Assembly: GCA_943359485.1 (NCBI GenBank)
Contig: CALRHR010000001.1
Location: forward strand, 51,141-115,140
Reading direction: 5' to 3'
DNA from: Candidatus Nomurabacteria bacterium
GTDB taxonomy: Bacteria; Patescibacteriota; Minisyncoccia; Phycocordibacterales; UBA9973
DNA: 64,000 nt
In this document: positions 18,115-29,360 of the stretch, one piece after another
Layout of the letters: each line of letters starts with the position of its first letter
Position numbering within the stretch: position 1 is the stretch's first letter
The notes under the pieces: model-generated
Database searches by the model: none
Seen by the model: the letters and a program-made list of their open reading frames with translations, nothing else
What the model was told of the DNA's origin: nothing
Position numbers and translations under genes: made by a program

Positions 18115-20568
18115 ATGCCAAACGAATTAATTAATTTAAAAAAAAATGTGGTCTGGATGGAAAAAGTAGGGATTAAAGATGTGCCGGAAGTCGGAGGGAA
18201 GAATGCGTCTCTAGGAGAGATGATAAGTAATCTGATACCACAGGGAGTTAATATTCCTTCTGGCTTTATTGTGACGGCGAGTGCTTATCGTTATTTTTTA
18301 AAAACAACTAAGCTTGATGAATTTATAAGAAACACCCTGGAAGGATTAAATACAAGTAACTTAAAAGATTTAAATAAAAGGGCGCTTGCGGTGCGTAAAG
18401 AAATCGTGCAAAAGCAATTTTCTAAAGATCTTGAAGATGAAATAAAACAAGCTTATGTTGAGATGGAAAAACGTTACGGAAAAAATATTGATGTGGCGGT
18501 GCGTTCTTCGGCCACGGCGGAAGATTTACCTGGAGCTAGTTTTGCCGGTGAACACGACACATACTTAGGTATCAGAGGTGCGCAAAATATCATAAAAGCG
18601 GTGAAGTCGGCTATGGCGTCACTTTTTACTGTGCGAGCGATCTCGTATAGAGTTGATAAGGGATTTAGTCATTTTGATGTTGCGCTTTCAGTTGGGATAG
18701 AGAGGATGGTTCGTTCCGACAAAGGATGCTCGGGCGTGATGTTTACTCTGGATACTGAGTCTGGTTTTCGTGACAGTATTATTATAAACGGTTCTTGGGG
18801 TCTGGGTGAAATGATTGTGCAAGGAGAAGTGACACCTGATGAATTTATTGTTGCTAAAAAAACTTTACGCACGGCCAGCAATCCGATAATTTTTAAAAAA
18901 CTAGGCACTAAGGCCAAAAAAATGATTTATGCGACAAATAAGGTTACATTTAATCAAACTAAAGTACTTAATACCACAGACAAAGAACGAAATAATTTTG
19001 TATTGACTGATAAAGAAATAATCAAGCTCTCGGAGTGGGGATTAAAAATAGAGGAACATTATACAACTTATAATAAAGGAAAGTGGACTCCGATGGATAT
19101 CGAGTGGGCCAAGGACGGTAATACCGGCGAATTGTTTATCGTACAAGCTAGACCAGAGACTATTCACGCTGGCCGAGATTTTTCTACTGTTCGCGAATAT
19201 CAAAGGAAAGAAGAAGGCAAACTTATCGTCAAAGGAGCTTCGGTGGGTAGTAAGATTTCTATTGGAAAAGCTCGAGTGATTTTAAATGTAAAAGAAATCG
19301 GTCAATTTAAAAAAGGAGAAGTTTTAGTGACGGATATGACTGATCCAGACTGGGAGCCGATTATGAAAATTGCTTCGGCTATCGTCACCGATAAAGGCGG
19401 TCGGACTTCTCACGCGGCTATCGTCTCGCGGGAGCTTGGGATTCCGGCAGTTGTCGGTTCAGAGTTTGCGACCAAGAAAATAAAAACAGGACAGATGTTG
19501 ACGGTGGATACTAGCGGTTCGGATGGTCTGGTTTTTGAAGGGGCGTTGAAATTTGAAGTGATGGAACACAACATAAAAGATATTCCTAAAACCAAAACCC
19601 ACATCATGATGAACATCGCCACCCCGGATACGGCTTTTGAAAAATCATTTTTACCCAATAAGGGAGTGGGTCTGGCACGCGAAGAATTTATCATTGCTTC
19701 GGTTATCGGTATTCATCCAATGGCTTTAATTAACTATAAGAAACTTGAACCGTTACTTAAGAAAAAAATTGATGCGCGAACTCTCGGCTGGGATAGTAAG
19801 ACAGATTTTTATATCGATAATTTGGCGTATGGTATAGCCAAAATCGGTGTCGCCTTTGCGCCCAATCCAGTTATTGTTCGTTTTTCTGATTTTAAAACAA
19901 ACGAGTATCGAACTCTTCTTGGAGGTGATCTTTATGAACCGAAAGAAGAAAATCCAATGATTGGTTGGCGTGGCGCTTCACGATATTATGATCCAAAATT
20001 TATAGAAGCCTTTCGTTTGGAATGTAAGGCAATCAAAAAGGTTCGTGATGGAATGGGAATTACAAATATTATTCCGATGGTGCCTTTTTGTCGCACACCA
20101 GAAGAAGGTCAAAAAACTTTAGAGGTTATGGCAGAAATGGGGTTGCCGACAGCCTGGAGTTCTCGTAAAAAAAACGATCAAAATATTAGCCAGATTGTTC
20201 CCGTTTATGTTATGTGTGAAATTCCTTCCAATGTTTTATTAGCTGATGAATTTCTGGAAATTTTTGATGGAATGTCTATTGGCTCGAATGATCTTACTCA
20301 GCTTGTGTTGGGACTGGACCGAGATTCAGGTATTGTGTCGCATGTAGCCAACGAAAAAAATGAAGCTGTTAAAAAAATGATTAGTACTATCATTAAAAAA
20401 TGTAAGGAAAAAGGAAAATACATCGGCATTTGCGGACAAGCTCCTTCCGACCATCCGGATTTCGCCAAGTTCTTAGTACAAGAGGGTATTGAAAGTATGT
20501 CGCTCAATCCTGATACTGTCGTAAAGACAACTCTCGCTGTTTTCGAAGAAGAAAAAAACTTGGTCTAA
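18115..20568 (+). CDS. ppsA: phosphoenolpyruvate synthase (pyruvate, water dikinase)
   Basis: Carries the mobile His-domain motif GGRTSHAAIVSRELGIPAVVG, an N-terminal ATP-grasp-like domain and a C-terminal PEP-utilising domain. Confidence 0.9.
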   Translation: MPNELINLKKNVVWMEKVGIKDVPEVGGKNASLGEMISNLIPQGVNIPSGFIVTASAYRYFLKTTKLDEFIRNTLEGLNTSNLKDLNKRALAVRKEIVQKQFSKDLEDEIKQAYVEMEKRYGKNIDVAVRSSATAEDLPGASFAGEHDTYLGIRGAQNIIKAVKSAMASLFTVRAISYRVDKGFSHFDVALSVGIERMVRSDKGCSGVMFTLDTESGFRDSIIINGSWGLGEMIVQGEVTPDEFIVAKKTLRTASNPIIFKKLGTKAKKMIYATNKVTFNQTKVLNTTDKERNNFVLTDKEIIKLSEWGLKIEEHYTTYNKGKWTPMDIEWAKDGNTGELFIVQARPETIHAGRDFSTVREYQRKEEGKLIVKGASVGSKISIGKARVILNVKEIGQFKKGEVLVTDMTDPDWEPIMKIASAIVTDKGGRTSHAAIVSRELGIPAVVGSEFATKKIKTGQMLTVDTSGSDGLVFEGALKFEVMEHNIKDIPKTKTHIMMNIATPDTAFEKSFLPNKGVGLAREEFIIASVIGIHPMALINYKKLEPLLKKKIDARTLGWDSKTDFYIDNLAYGIAKIGVAFAPNPVIVRFSDFKTNEYRTLLGGDLYEPKEENPMIGWRGASRYYDPKFIEAFRLECKAIKKVRDGMGITNIIPMVPFCRTPEEGQKTLEVMAEMGLPTAWSSRKKNDQNISQIVPVYVMCEIPSNVLLADEFLEIFDGMSIGSNDLTQLVLGLDRDSGIVSHVANEKNEAVKKMISTIIKKCKEKGKYIGICGQAPSDHPDFAKFLVQEGIESMSLNPDTVVKTTLAVFEEEKNLV

Positions 20569-20597
20569 AATAAGTTGTAATATTTTTGCAAATTAAA

Positions 20598-21854
20598 ATG
20601 CCGATTATTAAAAATCTTAAAGCCAAAGAAATTCTGGATTCACGGGGGAATCCGACAGTCAGTGTAATTTGTGAGCTCGAAAGTGGTGCTTCGGGCGAGG
20701 CCTCAGTGCCGTCTGGGGTGAGCACTGGTGAAGGCGAAGCCTATGAACTCAGAGACAACGATGGTACAAGATATAACGGCAAGGGTGTATTGAAAGCAGT
20801 CGAAAATGTAAATACTCAAATCAGTGAATCGTTAATTGGCCAAGAATTAAATCAAAAAACTTCAGACCAAGCATTGATAGATTTAGATGGCACGAAGAAT
20901 AAAAAAAGATTAGGGGCCAATGCCATACTCGCAGTATCACTGGCTTTTGCTCGCGCTTGCGCTAGAGAGAAAAAAATCCAACTTTATGAACACATTGCTA
21001 ATTTATATTTTAAAAATGGAGAGGCACGAATGTATGACTTACCTCAACCTTCCTTCAACACTATTGAGGGTGGTCGGCATTCTGAGAGTGGGCTTTCATT
21101 TCAGGAGTTTATGCTCTTGCCGACAGAATTTAAAACTATGAAAGAAAAAGTAGTCGTAGAGCAAAAAGTCATGAAAGCATTACAGGATATTCTTTTAAAA
21201 GATGGCGAGGAAGTGACGATGGGGGACGAAGGAGGACTTGCACCCAAGCTCTCGTCAAACGAAAACGCGCTTGAATATTTAGAAAGAGCGATAGTTTCGG
21301 CTGGTTACGATACAAATCAAATAAAAATTGGGCTAGATGTGGCGGCCACTTCGTTCTTTGAAAATGGTCAGTATTTTTTTGAAAATAAAATAGTTAGCCG
21401 AGAAAAGATGATTTCAGTGTATGAAGATTTGTGTAGCCGGCACAATATAATTTCTATTGAAGATGGTCTTGAAGAAAAAGATTTTGAAGGATTTTCACAA
21501 ATAACACAAAGATTAGGTGGAAAAATAAATGTAGTGGGGGATGACCTTACTGTCACAAATGTGGGATTAATAAAAAAAGCAATTCAAGAAAAATGCATCA
21601 ATGCGGTTGTAATAAAACCAAATCAGATTGGTACGCTAAGTGAAACTTTGGAAGCTATAAAACTAGCTAAGGCCAACAATATTAAAATTTTTGTGTCACA
21701 TCGAGGCGGGGAGACAGAAGACACTTTTATTGCCGATTTAGCTGTGGCTGTGGGAGCAGATTTTATAAAAGCTGGGGGTCCGACTAAAAAAGAGCGTATA
21801 TGTAAGTATGAGAGATTAATTGAAATTGAACAGGTTTTAACTATAAAAATATAG
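20598..21854 (+). CDS. eno: enolase
   Basis: Contains SHRGGETEDTFIADLAV and is conserved along its full length. Confidence 0.95.
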   Translation: MPIIKNLKAKEILDSRGNPTVSVICELESGASGEASVPSGVSTGEGEAYELRDNDGTRYNGKGVLKAVENVNTQISESLIGQELNQKTSDQALIDLDGTKNKKRLGANAILAVSLAFARACAREKKIQLYEHIANLYFKNGEARMYDLPQPSFNTIEGGRHSESGLSFQEFMLLPTEFKTMKEKVVVEQKVMKALQDILLKDGEEVTMGDEGGLAPKLSSNENALEYLERAIVSAGYDTNQIKIGLDVAATSFFENGQYFFENKIVSREKMISVYEDLCSRHNIISIEDGLEEKDFEGFSQITQRLGGKINVVGDDLTVTNVGLIKKAIQEKCINAVVIKPNQIGTLSETLEAIKLAKANNIKIFVSHRGGETEDTFIADLAVAVGADFIKAGGPTKKERICKYERLIEIEQVLTIKI

Positions 21855-21996
21855 CTTTTTTCTACACGACAACTAGTCTTGACTTCCATCTATGCTTGGC
21901 ATATACTCTTCTGAGCGTCTTTCCATTGGTTGGATAGGCGTTTTGATTTACTCCACCAAGTCGGGGTAAAATACTCTTTGACAAAAGAATAGGTTT

Positions 21997-22030
21997 TTTA
22001 GAACAGGTGCAAGTCTGTTCTGTTTTTTTG
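21997..22030 (+). terminator. rho-independent terminator downstream of eno
   Basis: AGAACAGGTGCAAGTCTGTTCT hairpin followed by GTTTTTTTG. Confidence 0.55.
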
Positions 22031-22037
22031 AGTAAAT

Positions 22038-22104
22038 CCGCACACTTATATTTTGATCGTTTTTCAAACGCGCTTTTAGCGCAATCAAAAAATAAGTGTG
22101 CGGG
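22038..22104. repeat. extended hairpin element CCGCACACTTAT...ATAAGTGTGCGG (copy 1, upstream of 16S rRNA)
   Basis: The 12-bp outer inverted repeat carries nested inner stems (TTTTGAT/ATCAAAA, GCGCT/AGCGC). A second copy with the same outer stem and compensatory inner stems lies at 29264-29331. Confidence 0.6.
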
Positions 22105-22267
22105 TAAAGTATAAATAATTTTTAGAGCAAAGATTGAACTCTAACGAATCCAACAAAAATAATACGAATCGTAACATCCAAGGGTCGACGATGCAAAGCA
22201 TCGGAGATACTGAGGAGCGAAGCGACGAATGTACTGTTTTTTGTTTTGTTTCGTTCTAATTAACTTT

Positions 22268-23910
<1,643 letters not shown>

Positions 23911-24137
23911 TTGAAAACTATCCCGGTCCTCTTCGGAGGGCTGAGTGTCAGACCCGTTCTGACCGGATTTATTGAGTCGGTATTGTGTCGCTCAATTGAC
24001 GACACAATAGTTTTTGCTCAAACTTAAAATGAGCTAGACTATATGGAAAGACATATAAAATAAAAAAGTTTCAGCCTTCGGGCTGATCCGCCTCTGGCGG
24101 AAAAAAGGAACGAAACAAAACAAAGGACAGTAACAAA

Positions 24138-24170
24138 AAACACCACATGGAAACATGTGGTGTTTTTTGT
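24138..24170 (+). terminator. rho-independent terminator after the rRNA unit
   Basis: CACCACATGGAAACATGTGGTG followed by TTTTTTG. Confidence 0.65.
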
Positions 24171-24185
24171 TATAATAAAATTATC

Positions 24186-24869
24186 ATGAAACAAGGACCA
24201 CCAGAAAGACCAAAAATAAATGAAATATTTAGTCAAATTGAATGGAATTCTGGACAATCAAAGATACCAGAAGAGGTTTCAGATTCGCTTAAAATACTTT
24301 GTGAAACTGGCATAGTTACTAGATGGTCTACTGATCATAGATTTAAAATCCCAGAAAATTTTATGGTTGATGGAGTATTTGTAAAATTCGATTCAACTTT
24401 ACCCCTTGAAATAGGTGATAAAAGTCAAAGAAAAGCCTTTTTTCAGTTAGCTCAACCGTTTTCAAAGAAAAAACTTTTAGAAGCAGTCAAAGCGTACAAG
24501 AAGTTGGAAAATTTTGCATCACCAGATAATAAGGAAGAGCCAGTGATGTCTTTTGAGTTATTTACTTATCCTACTGGCTCAGCTCGTGGTATAGGACGAA
24601 ACAATTTTTATTTTAGATTTTCAGTTTCACCAACTGACATGTATGCAAATAAAGAGTATGTTATAAGATTTAGAAAAGAACATCCAGAAAAATATAAATC
24701 TATATGCGATAAATTGTATTCAAAAAAGGAAGGTAGCCTAGAAGAATTATTTGATGAAAGTTATCTGGCCCATAAAAAACAACTGCAAGAAGAATTAGAT
24801 AGAGAAGTTTACGAGGCTTATAAAATAATGCGTGGTTATGGGTTTTCAGACCACGACCTTTGTGGTTAA
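24186..24869 (+). CDS. hypothetical protein
   Basis: The ORF-track start at 24147 lies inside the terminator hairpin, so the real start is more likely the MKQGPPERP ATG at 24186. Confidence 0.45.
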   Translation: MKQGPPERPKINEIFSQIEWNSGQSKIPEEVSDSLKILCETGIVTRWSTDHRFKIPENFMVDGVFVKFDSTLPLEIGDKSQRKAFFQLAQPFSKKKLLEAVKAYKKLENFASPDNKEEPVMSFELFTYPTGSARGIGRNNFYFRFSVSPTDMYANKEYVIRFRKEHPEKYKSICDKLYSKKEGSLEELFDESYLAHKKQLQEELDREVYEAYKIMRGYGFSDHDLCG

Positions 24870-24889
24870 TTTTTTGATATAATTCATTT

Positions 24890-25810
24890 ATGCCAACCGA
24901 TACTAAAAAAAGAATTGGAATATTACGAGGAGGGACAGGGAGACATTATAAATCTTCTTTACAAAAAGGAGGGGATATTATTTCGCATATTTCGGAAAAA
25001 TTATCGGACAAATATAAACCAGTTGATATTTTGATCGATAAAGATTATGTCTGGCATGTAAATGGCGTACCCGTAAATCCTGGAAATTTAGTTAATAAAA
25101 TTGATGTGGCTTGGAATCTTTCTCACCCAAGCTTTTCAAATATCTTAACGAGTTTTTCTATTCCGACCATTGGAGTTGGAACTTTCCTCTCCACCCTTAT
25201 GAACAATAGAGAAATGTTTCGCAACCATGTGAAAAGTATCGGAATCTCTATGCCTCGGCATATTGTGTTGCCAGTTTACCAGAAAGATTTCGATGGTCCG
25301 CAGGAAAAATATGCCATAAAAAAAGCTAAAGAAATTTTTGATAAATTTTCTTCGCCGTGGATTGTAAAATCTCTCACTCCGGACTATGACATGGGTATTC
25401 ATGTGGCGAAAACTTTTCCAGCGCTTGTAAATGCGATAGATGACGGAGTAGCTCACAAGCAAAGTATTATCGTTGAAGAATTTATTTCAGATAAAATCGC
25501 CAGTATTCATTCTGTGCCTGCGTTTCGTGGGGAGGATATTTATGCTTTTCCAGCAGTTAGTGTTTCTGGAAGTTTTTCTAGTACAGAGAGGGAGAAGCTC
25601 GCTAGCATCGCCAGATATTTACATAGGCACATTGACGCCAAGCATTATTTAAAATCTGACTTTGCTCTGAATTCTCGAGGGAAAGTTTATCTATTAAGTG
25701 TGGAATTAACCCCAGACCTAAAAAAAGATTCTCATCTCCATTTTGCTTGCGAATCTGTCGGCTCCGATACGCGCCATGTGGTGGAACATATTCTCGAGAG
25801 AGTTTCGTAA
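24890..25810 (+). CDS. ATP-grasp enzyme, D-alanine--D-alanine ligase-like
   Basis: The N-terminus IGILRGGTGRHYKSSLQKGG resembles the Ddl N-domain, and VEEFI plus an ATP-grasp C-terminal pattern follow. Confidence 0.45.
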   Translation: MPTDTKKRIGILRGGTGRHYKSSLQKGGDIISHISEKLSDKYKPVDILIDKDYVWHVNGVPVNPGNLVNKIDVAWNLSHPSFSNILTSFSIPTIGVGTFLSTLMNNREMFRNHVKSIGISMPRHIVLPVYQKDFDGPQEKYAIKKAKEIFDKFSSPWIVKSLTPDYDMGIHVAKTFPALVNAIDDGVAHKQSIIVEEFISDKIASIHSVPAFRGEDIYAFPAVSVSGSFSSTEREKLASIARYLHRHIDAKHYLKSDFALNSRGKVYLLSVELTPDLKKDSHLHFACESVGSDTRHVVEHILERVS

Positions 25811-25814
25811 AATT

Positions 25815-25890
25815 ATTTACGGGCCGTAGTATACTGGGTCGTACGCATCCTTCGGGAGGATGTAGCCCCTGTTCGATGCCGGGCGGCCCG
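25815..25890 (+). ncRNA. GC-rich structured element (candidate small RNA or terminator)
   Basis: ACGGGCCG...CGGCCCG forms an outer stem and CATCCTTCGGGAGGATG an inner UUCG-type hairpin. The local GC content is far above the surroundings. Confidence 0.3.
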
Positions 25891-25931
25891 ACAAGTTGCT
25901 TTACTATTTTTAGTGGATTATAATAAAAAGT

Positions 25932-26273
25932 ATGAAGAAAGTCGTAAAAGATACAAACAAAGAAATGAAGCATTATCTGGGGGTACTTAACGAAATGCAT
26001 GGTGAAAACCTAAAGGGAATTAGAGAGGGTTTTATTCCCATAAATAGAAAACTAGATACTATTACAGAGACCTTAGATAAGCATACAAAAAAACTGGGCT
26101 CTCATTCTGAGATGATAGGTTCTTTGATGAAGGATGTTTCTACTTTAAAATCTGATATGACGATAGTTAAAGGAGATCTCTCTACTATAAAAGGTGATTT
26201 AAAGAAAAAAGTTGACTATGATGATTTTCTTTCTCTAGTACGAAGAGTTCAAAAAATAGAGGCGAAGATATAA
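25932..26273 (+). CDS. hypothetical coiled-coil protein ending RVQKIEAKI
   Basis: 113 aa protein that shares its C-terminus and its 3' flank TAAAATATAAnCAAAATAAT with the gene at 27589-27855. Confidence 0.5.
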   Translation: MKKVVKDTNKEMKHYLGVLNEMHGENLKGIREGFIPINRKLDTITETLDKHTKKLGSHSEMIGSLMKDVSTLKSDMTIVKGDLSTIKGDLKKKVDYDDFLSLVRRVQKIEAKI

Positions 26274-26288
26274 AATATAACCAAAATA

Positions 26289-27496
26289 ATGAGCAGAAAA
26301 TTTATTATAATCATTTCAATAATTCTTGTAGCCTTTTTTACGACAGAGATTTTTGTCTATAAAAGTAGTTCTTGGGTGTCCGAAAACGAAACAACTACCT
26401 CTTCTGCGCTAGATTCTACAAAACACAGCTCGCTTTTATTTTCAGGGATTTTATTATCTGGGGAAATTCAGGGTCACATATCTCATGGAGAAAAATTCCA
26501 AAAAGATATTGGCCATGGTTTGGTTTTTGAGTTGGTGCCTGATGATTACGGATGGAAAGTTGTTATATCTGCAAAAATAAAGAAAGTTAATGATTATAAT
26601 TTTACTCTGTCTACACCTTCATTCCATGGCGATAATCCAACTTATATTCAAGGGAGAGACTTTACTGATTTAGTCGGTTTTGTTCCAGATCCACTGAATA
26701 ACTTCACCAGAAACATACGAGACTTTTCTTTTGTTCTAAGTAGTGCTGACGCAGATGCTATGGCTATTGCTATCAATAATCTTACTTCGGGTAAAGTTTC
26801 AGATTTTTCACCAGATATTCCTACGGGTCAAGGTAAATTAACCTTTGCAAACACGGAACTCGGCCCTATTGTGCCTGGCCAAGACACATTCATTAAGTCA
26901 ACAGATTTTAGTGTTGATGTAACATTTCCAGAAGTAAACAAGGATTTAAATCCTTTCCCTGTAAAATCAATTAATATGAACTCTTCAGATGGAGGTTTAG
27001 TGAAGGTGACTGCTTATCAGGTTCCCACAAGAGTTCGGTATGCTGCAAATAATTATAGAATTGAGGCTACATCTGCTGGCGTGAATGATAAACTTTACTA
27101 TATAAAGAAATTCTGGTTCCTTTTGCTGGTGATCCAGACTTAAAGTTAGTTAGAAGTACTAATGGAAAGGAAGGTGTCGTTGTCATAGAGTATCCATCCG
27201 CCGCCGATGGCGGGCGGGAGGCTTGGCATATTCTTACCAGTAAGAACGGGAAAATAGTTCGACTTGATAGGTCGGAATTTTTGAAAAAACCTATTTTACA
27301 AGCTGATTCGGAGAATTGGAGTAGTGTTAGCGATTTTTATGTTATGGCTTATGCTGGAGTTGAAGTTCACGGGGACGAAATAATAGAAACAATTCCAACC
27401 AATCCTTTAAATGGCGCCAAGAATACTACTTTAGAATTTCATTTCAAGTTTACTGGCGATGCAATAGAACTAATGTCAGTCAAGAAAGTCCAGTAG
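26289..27496 (+). pseudogene. secreted/membrane-anchored protein gene split by a -1 frameshift near 27100
   Basis: Frame 0 (26289-27143) carries an N-terminal TM/signal sequence. Frame 2 is open continuously from 27092 to 27496 and overlaps the frame 0 ORF by about 50 nt around the A-rich stretch TATAAAGAAATTC. Confidence 0.5.
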
Positions 27497-27524
27497 TAAG
27501 TGCGATAGATTGTTTTTATTTAGC

Positions 27525-27557
27525 CTAGACAGAGGCTTAGGCTCTGTCTAGTTTGCT
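27525..27557. repeat. hairpin CTAGACAGAG-GCTTAGG-CTCTGTCTAG
   Basis: 10-bp perfect stem with a TTAGG loop; related to the CTAGGC element family. Confidence 0.5.
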
Positions 27558-27588
27558 TTGATAGTTTGAGTGGTCTATAATACAAGAC

Positions 27589-27855
27589 ATGAAGGTTAAA
27601 AGTAATGATAAAGGATCTAAGATGACAATAGATAAATTGGCGATAATGGTTGCCAAAGGTTTTGCAAATGTGGCTACAAAAGAAGATTTCAAGAGTTTAG
27701 AAGCAAGAATGGCAACTAAAACGGATGTTGAAGGTATAAAAAACCAGCTTGCCGGCATGAATAAAAGAATAGATGATTTTGCAGAAACTAAAGTTTCTAA
27801 AATTATGTATAAAGGACTTGAAAGTCGAGTTCAAAAAATTGAAGCTAAAATATAA
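27589..27855 (+). CDS. hypothetical coiled-coil protein (paralog of 25932-26273)
   Basis: Has an identical C-terminal RVQKIEAKI and the same 3' flank. Confidence 0.5.
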   Translation: MKVKSNDKGSKMTIDKLAIMVAKGFANVATKEDFKSLEARMATKTDVEGIKNQLAGMNKRIDDFAETKVSKIMYKGLESRVQKIEAKI

Positions 27856-27882
27856 AATATAAACAAAATAATTCAAGTTAAT

Positions 27883-28803
27883 TTATAATTTTACTAACTC
27901 TTTTTCTAACGAAGAAATAGATCGCTCCAAGTATTTCTGTAGTAATTTATCACTTACTCTTAATAACCTTAAATTATTTAAAGGAAGTTCTATTTCTTGT
28001 TTTTGAAAAACTTTTGCTGAAACTTTACTGTCCACTTTTTCTGTATAAACGTCTTTCCCTTGATGGTATTTTATACTCAAAAAAAGTTTACGTATTGTAG
28101 TGATTATAAATTGTTCTAATTCTCCACTTATCATTTCTTTGGCCAACTCTTTTTTGTCATCAATTTCATCTTTAAGAATATCGTTTCCACTTTCTAGATA
28201 TGTATAAAGTCTTTGCGCATATTCTTTTTCTTGTAAATTGCCTCTTTTTAAATCATTAATAAAATCACCTAAAATTTTATCTAACGCGGGGGTTGGCATT
28301 AAAGCCATTTTGATTTGTTCTGGTGGAATTACATCTTTTTGAGCAGAAATCCTTGTTGCACCATCCCTTAGTCTTTCATTCAACAGAACTTTATTTTGTG
28401 GTTTATGTAATGCTTGATGATGTCTTTCCCAATGATTTCTAAAAAATACTTGTTCTGCTGTTTCCCTAGGAAAACTTGAAATATGTGATACAGAATATTC
28501 TTTGGGCTCCATGATTAAAATCATTCCTCGGTTTTCTCCCGTATCTAAATTATCATATACTTTACCACGGCCAGATTTTCTTCTTTGGTCTATAATTTGT
28601 TCTGCTTTAGTCCAATGTTTTATGCAAAAACTAGGAGCTACTGACAAAGTAGCTAAACCTTCTCTAAAGCGAAAACCTTCAGTATTAATGGCCTCAAAAT
28701 CTTTAGCAAGAGTATCGTGATAGTAATACTTCCGGGGGTTTGCCCGCTCTTTTGATTCTTTTTTTTCTAAGCTAGGATTTGTGAAATTATCTTCAATTCT
28801 CAT
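27883..28803 (-). CDS. hypothetical protein
   Basis: 306 aa ORF with no recognisable motif. Confidence 0.45.
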   Translation of the reverse strand: MRIEDNFTNPSLEKKESKERANPRKYYYHDTLAKDFEAINTEGFRFREGLATLSVAPSFCIKHWTKAEQIIDQRRKSGRGKVYDNLDTGENRGMILIMEPKEYSVSHISSFPRETAEQVFFRNHWERHHQALHKPQNKVLLNERLRDGATRISAQKDVIPPEQIKMALMPTPALDKILGDFINDLKRGNLQEKEYAQRLYTYLESGNDILKDEIDDKKELAKEMISGELEQFIITTIRKLFLSIKYHQGKDVYTEKVDSKVSAKVFQKQEIELPLNNLRLLRVSDKLLQKYLERSISSLEKELVKL

Positions 28804-28984
28804 ATATGAATTATAACACTAATTTATGTATTCCCATTGGCTCGAATTTTTGATACAATATAGTAAAGAATTGTTTTTATCTGTAGCGGGTGGTCGCACT
28901 CACATAGGCACATATGTTGGAGTTTCGCCATCACCCGCTTCAAATGAAAATAATAAAATAAAAAATCACAAAATATTTTTTGTG

Positions 28985-29113
28985 ATTTTTTATTTTGTAC
29001 ACTTCACTTCGTTCAGTGTCCTCAATTTTGTAATTTGCTACGCAAAAATAAAATTGGTTTGTACATTCACTTCGTTCAGTGTCCTCAATTTTTTAAATTT
29101 TCTTCGAAAATAA
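28985..29113. repeat. two tandem copies of a ~65-bp repeat containing ACTTCACTTCGTTCAGTGTCCTCAATTTT
   Basis: Two direct copies at about 85% identity. A third partial copy TCACTTCGTTCA lies at 29427. Confidence 0.6.
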
Positions 29114-29263
29114 AAAATTGGGAGTTATCCACAGTTTTGTGAAAAAAGTATTGTATTTAATTTCTATATGCGGGATAATTAAAGAGTTCCCGCAATAATT
29201 ATTGAAAATATTTTTTCTTTAATTTTAAAAAAATGTTTTCAGGTCGTTTTATTGCAAACTAGA

Positions 29264-29331
29264 CCCGCACACTTATTTGCTTGAAGCGCCATAGACGCAA
29301 GTTGCAAATATCAAGCACATAAGTGTGCGGG
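29264..29331. repeat. extended hairpin element CCCGCACACTTAT...ATAAGTGTGCGGG (copy 2)
   Basis: Shares the outer stem of the 22038-22104 element, and its inner stem TTGCTTGA/TCAAGCAA carries compensatory changes. Confidence 0.6.
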
Positions 29332-29360
29332 TAAAATTTAATAATTTAATTAAAAATCAT

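Noticed and set aside
28985-29113. Possible CRISPR array
   Set aside because: There are only two degenerate repeat units, no regular spacers and no cas genes.
28826-29113. 95-aa ORF covering the tandem repeat
   Set aside because: Its translation is low-complexity and is made mostly of the tandem repeat sequence itself.
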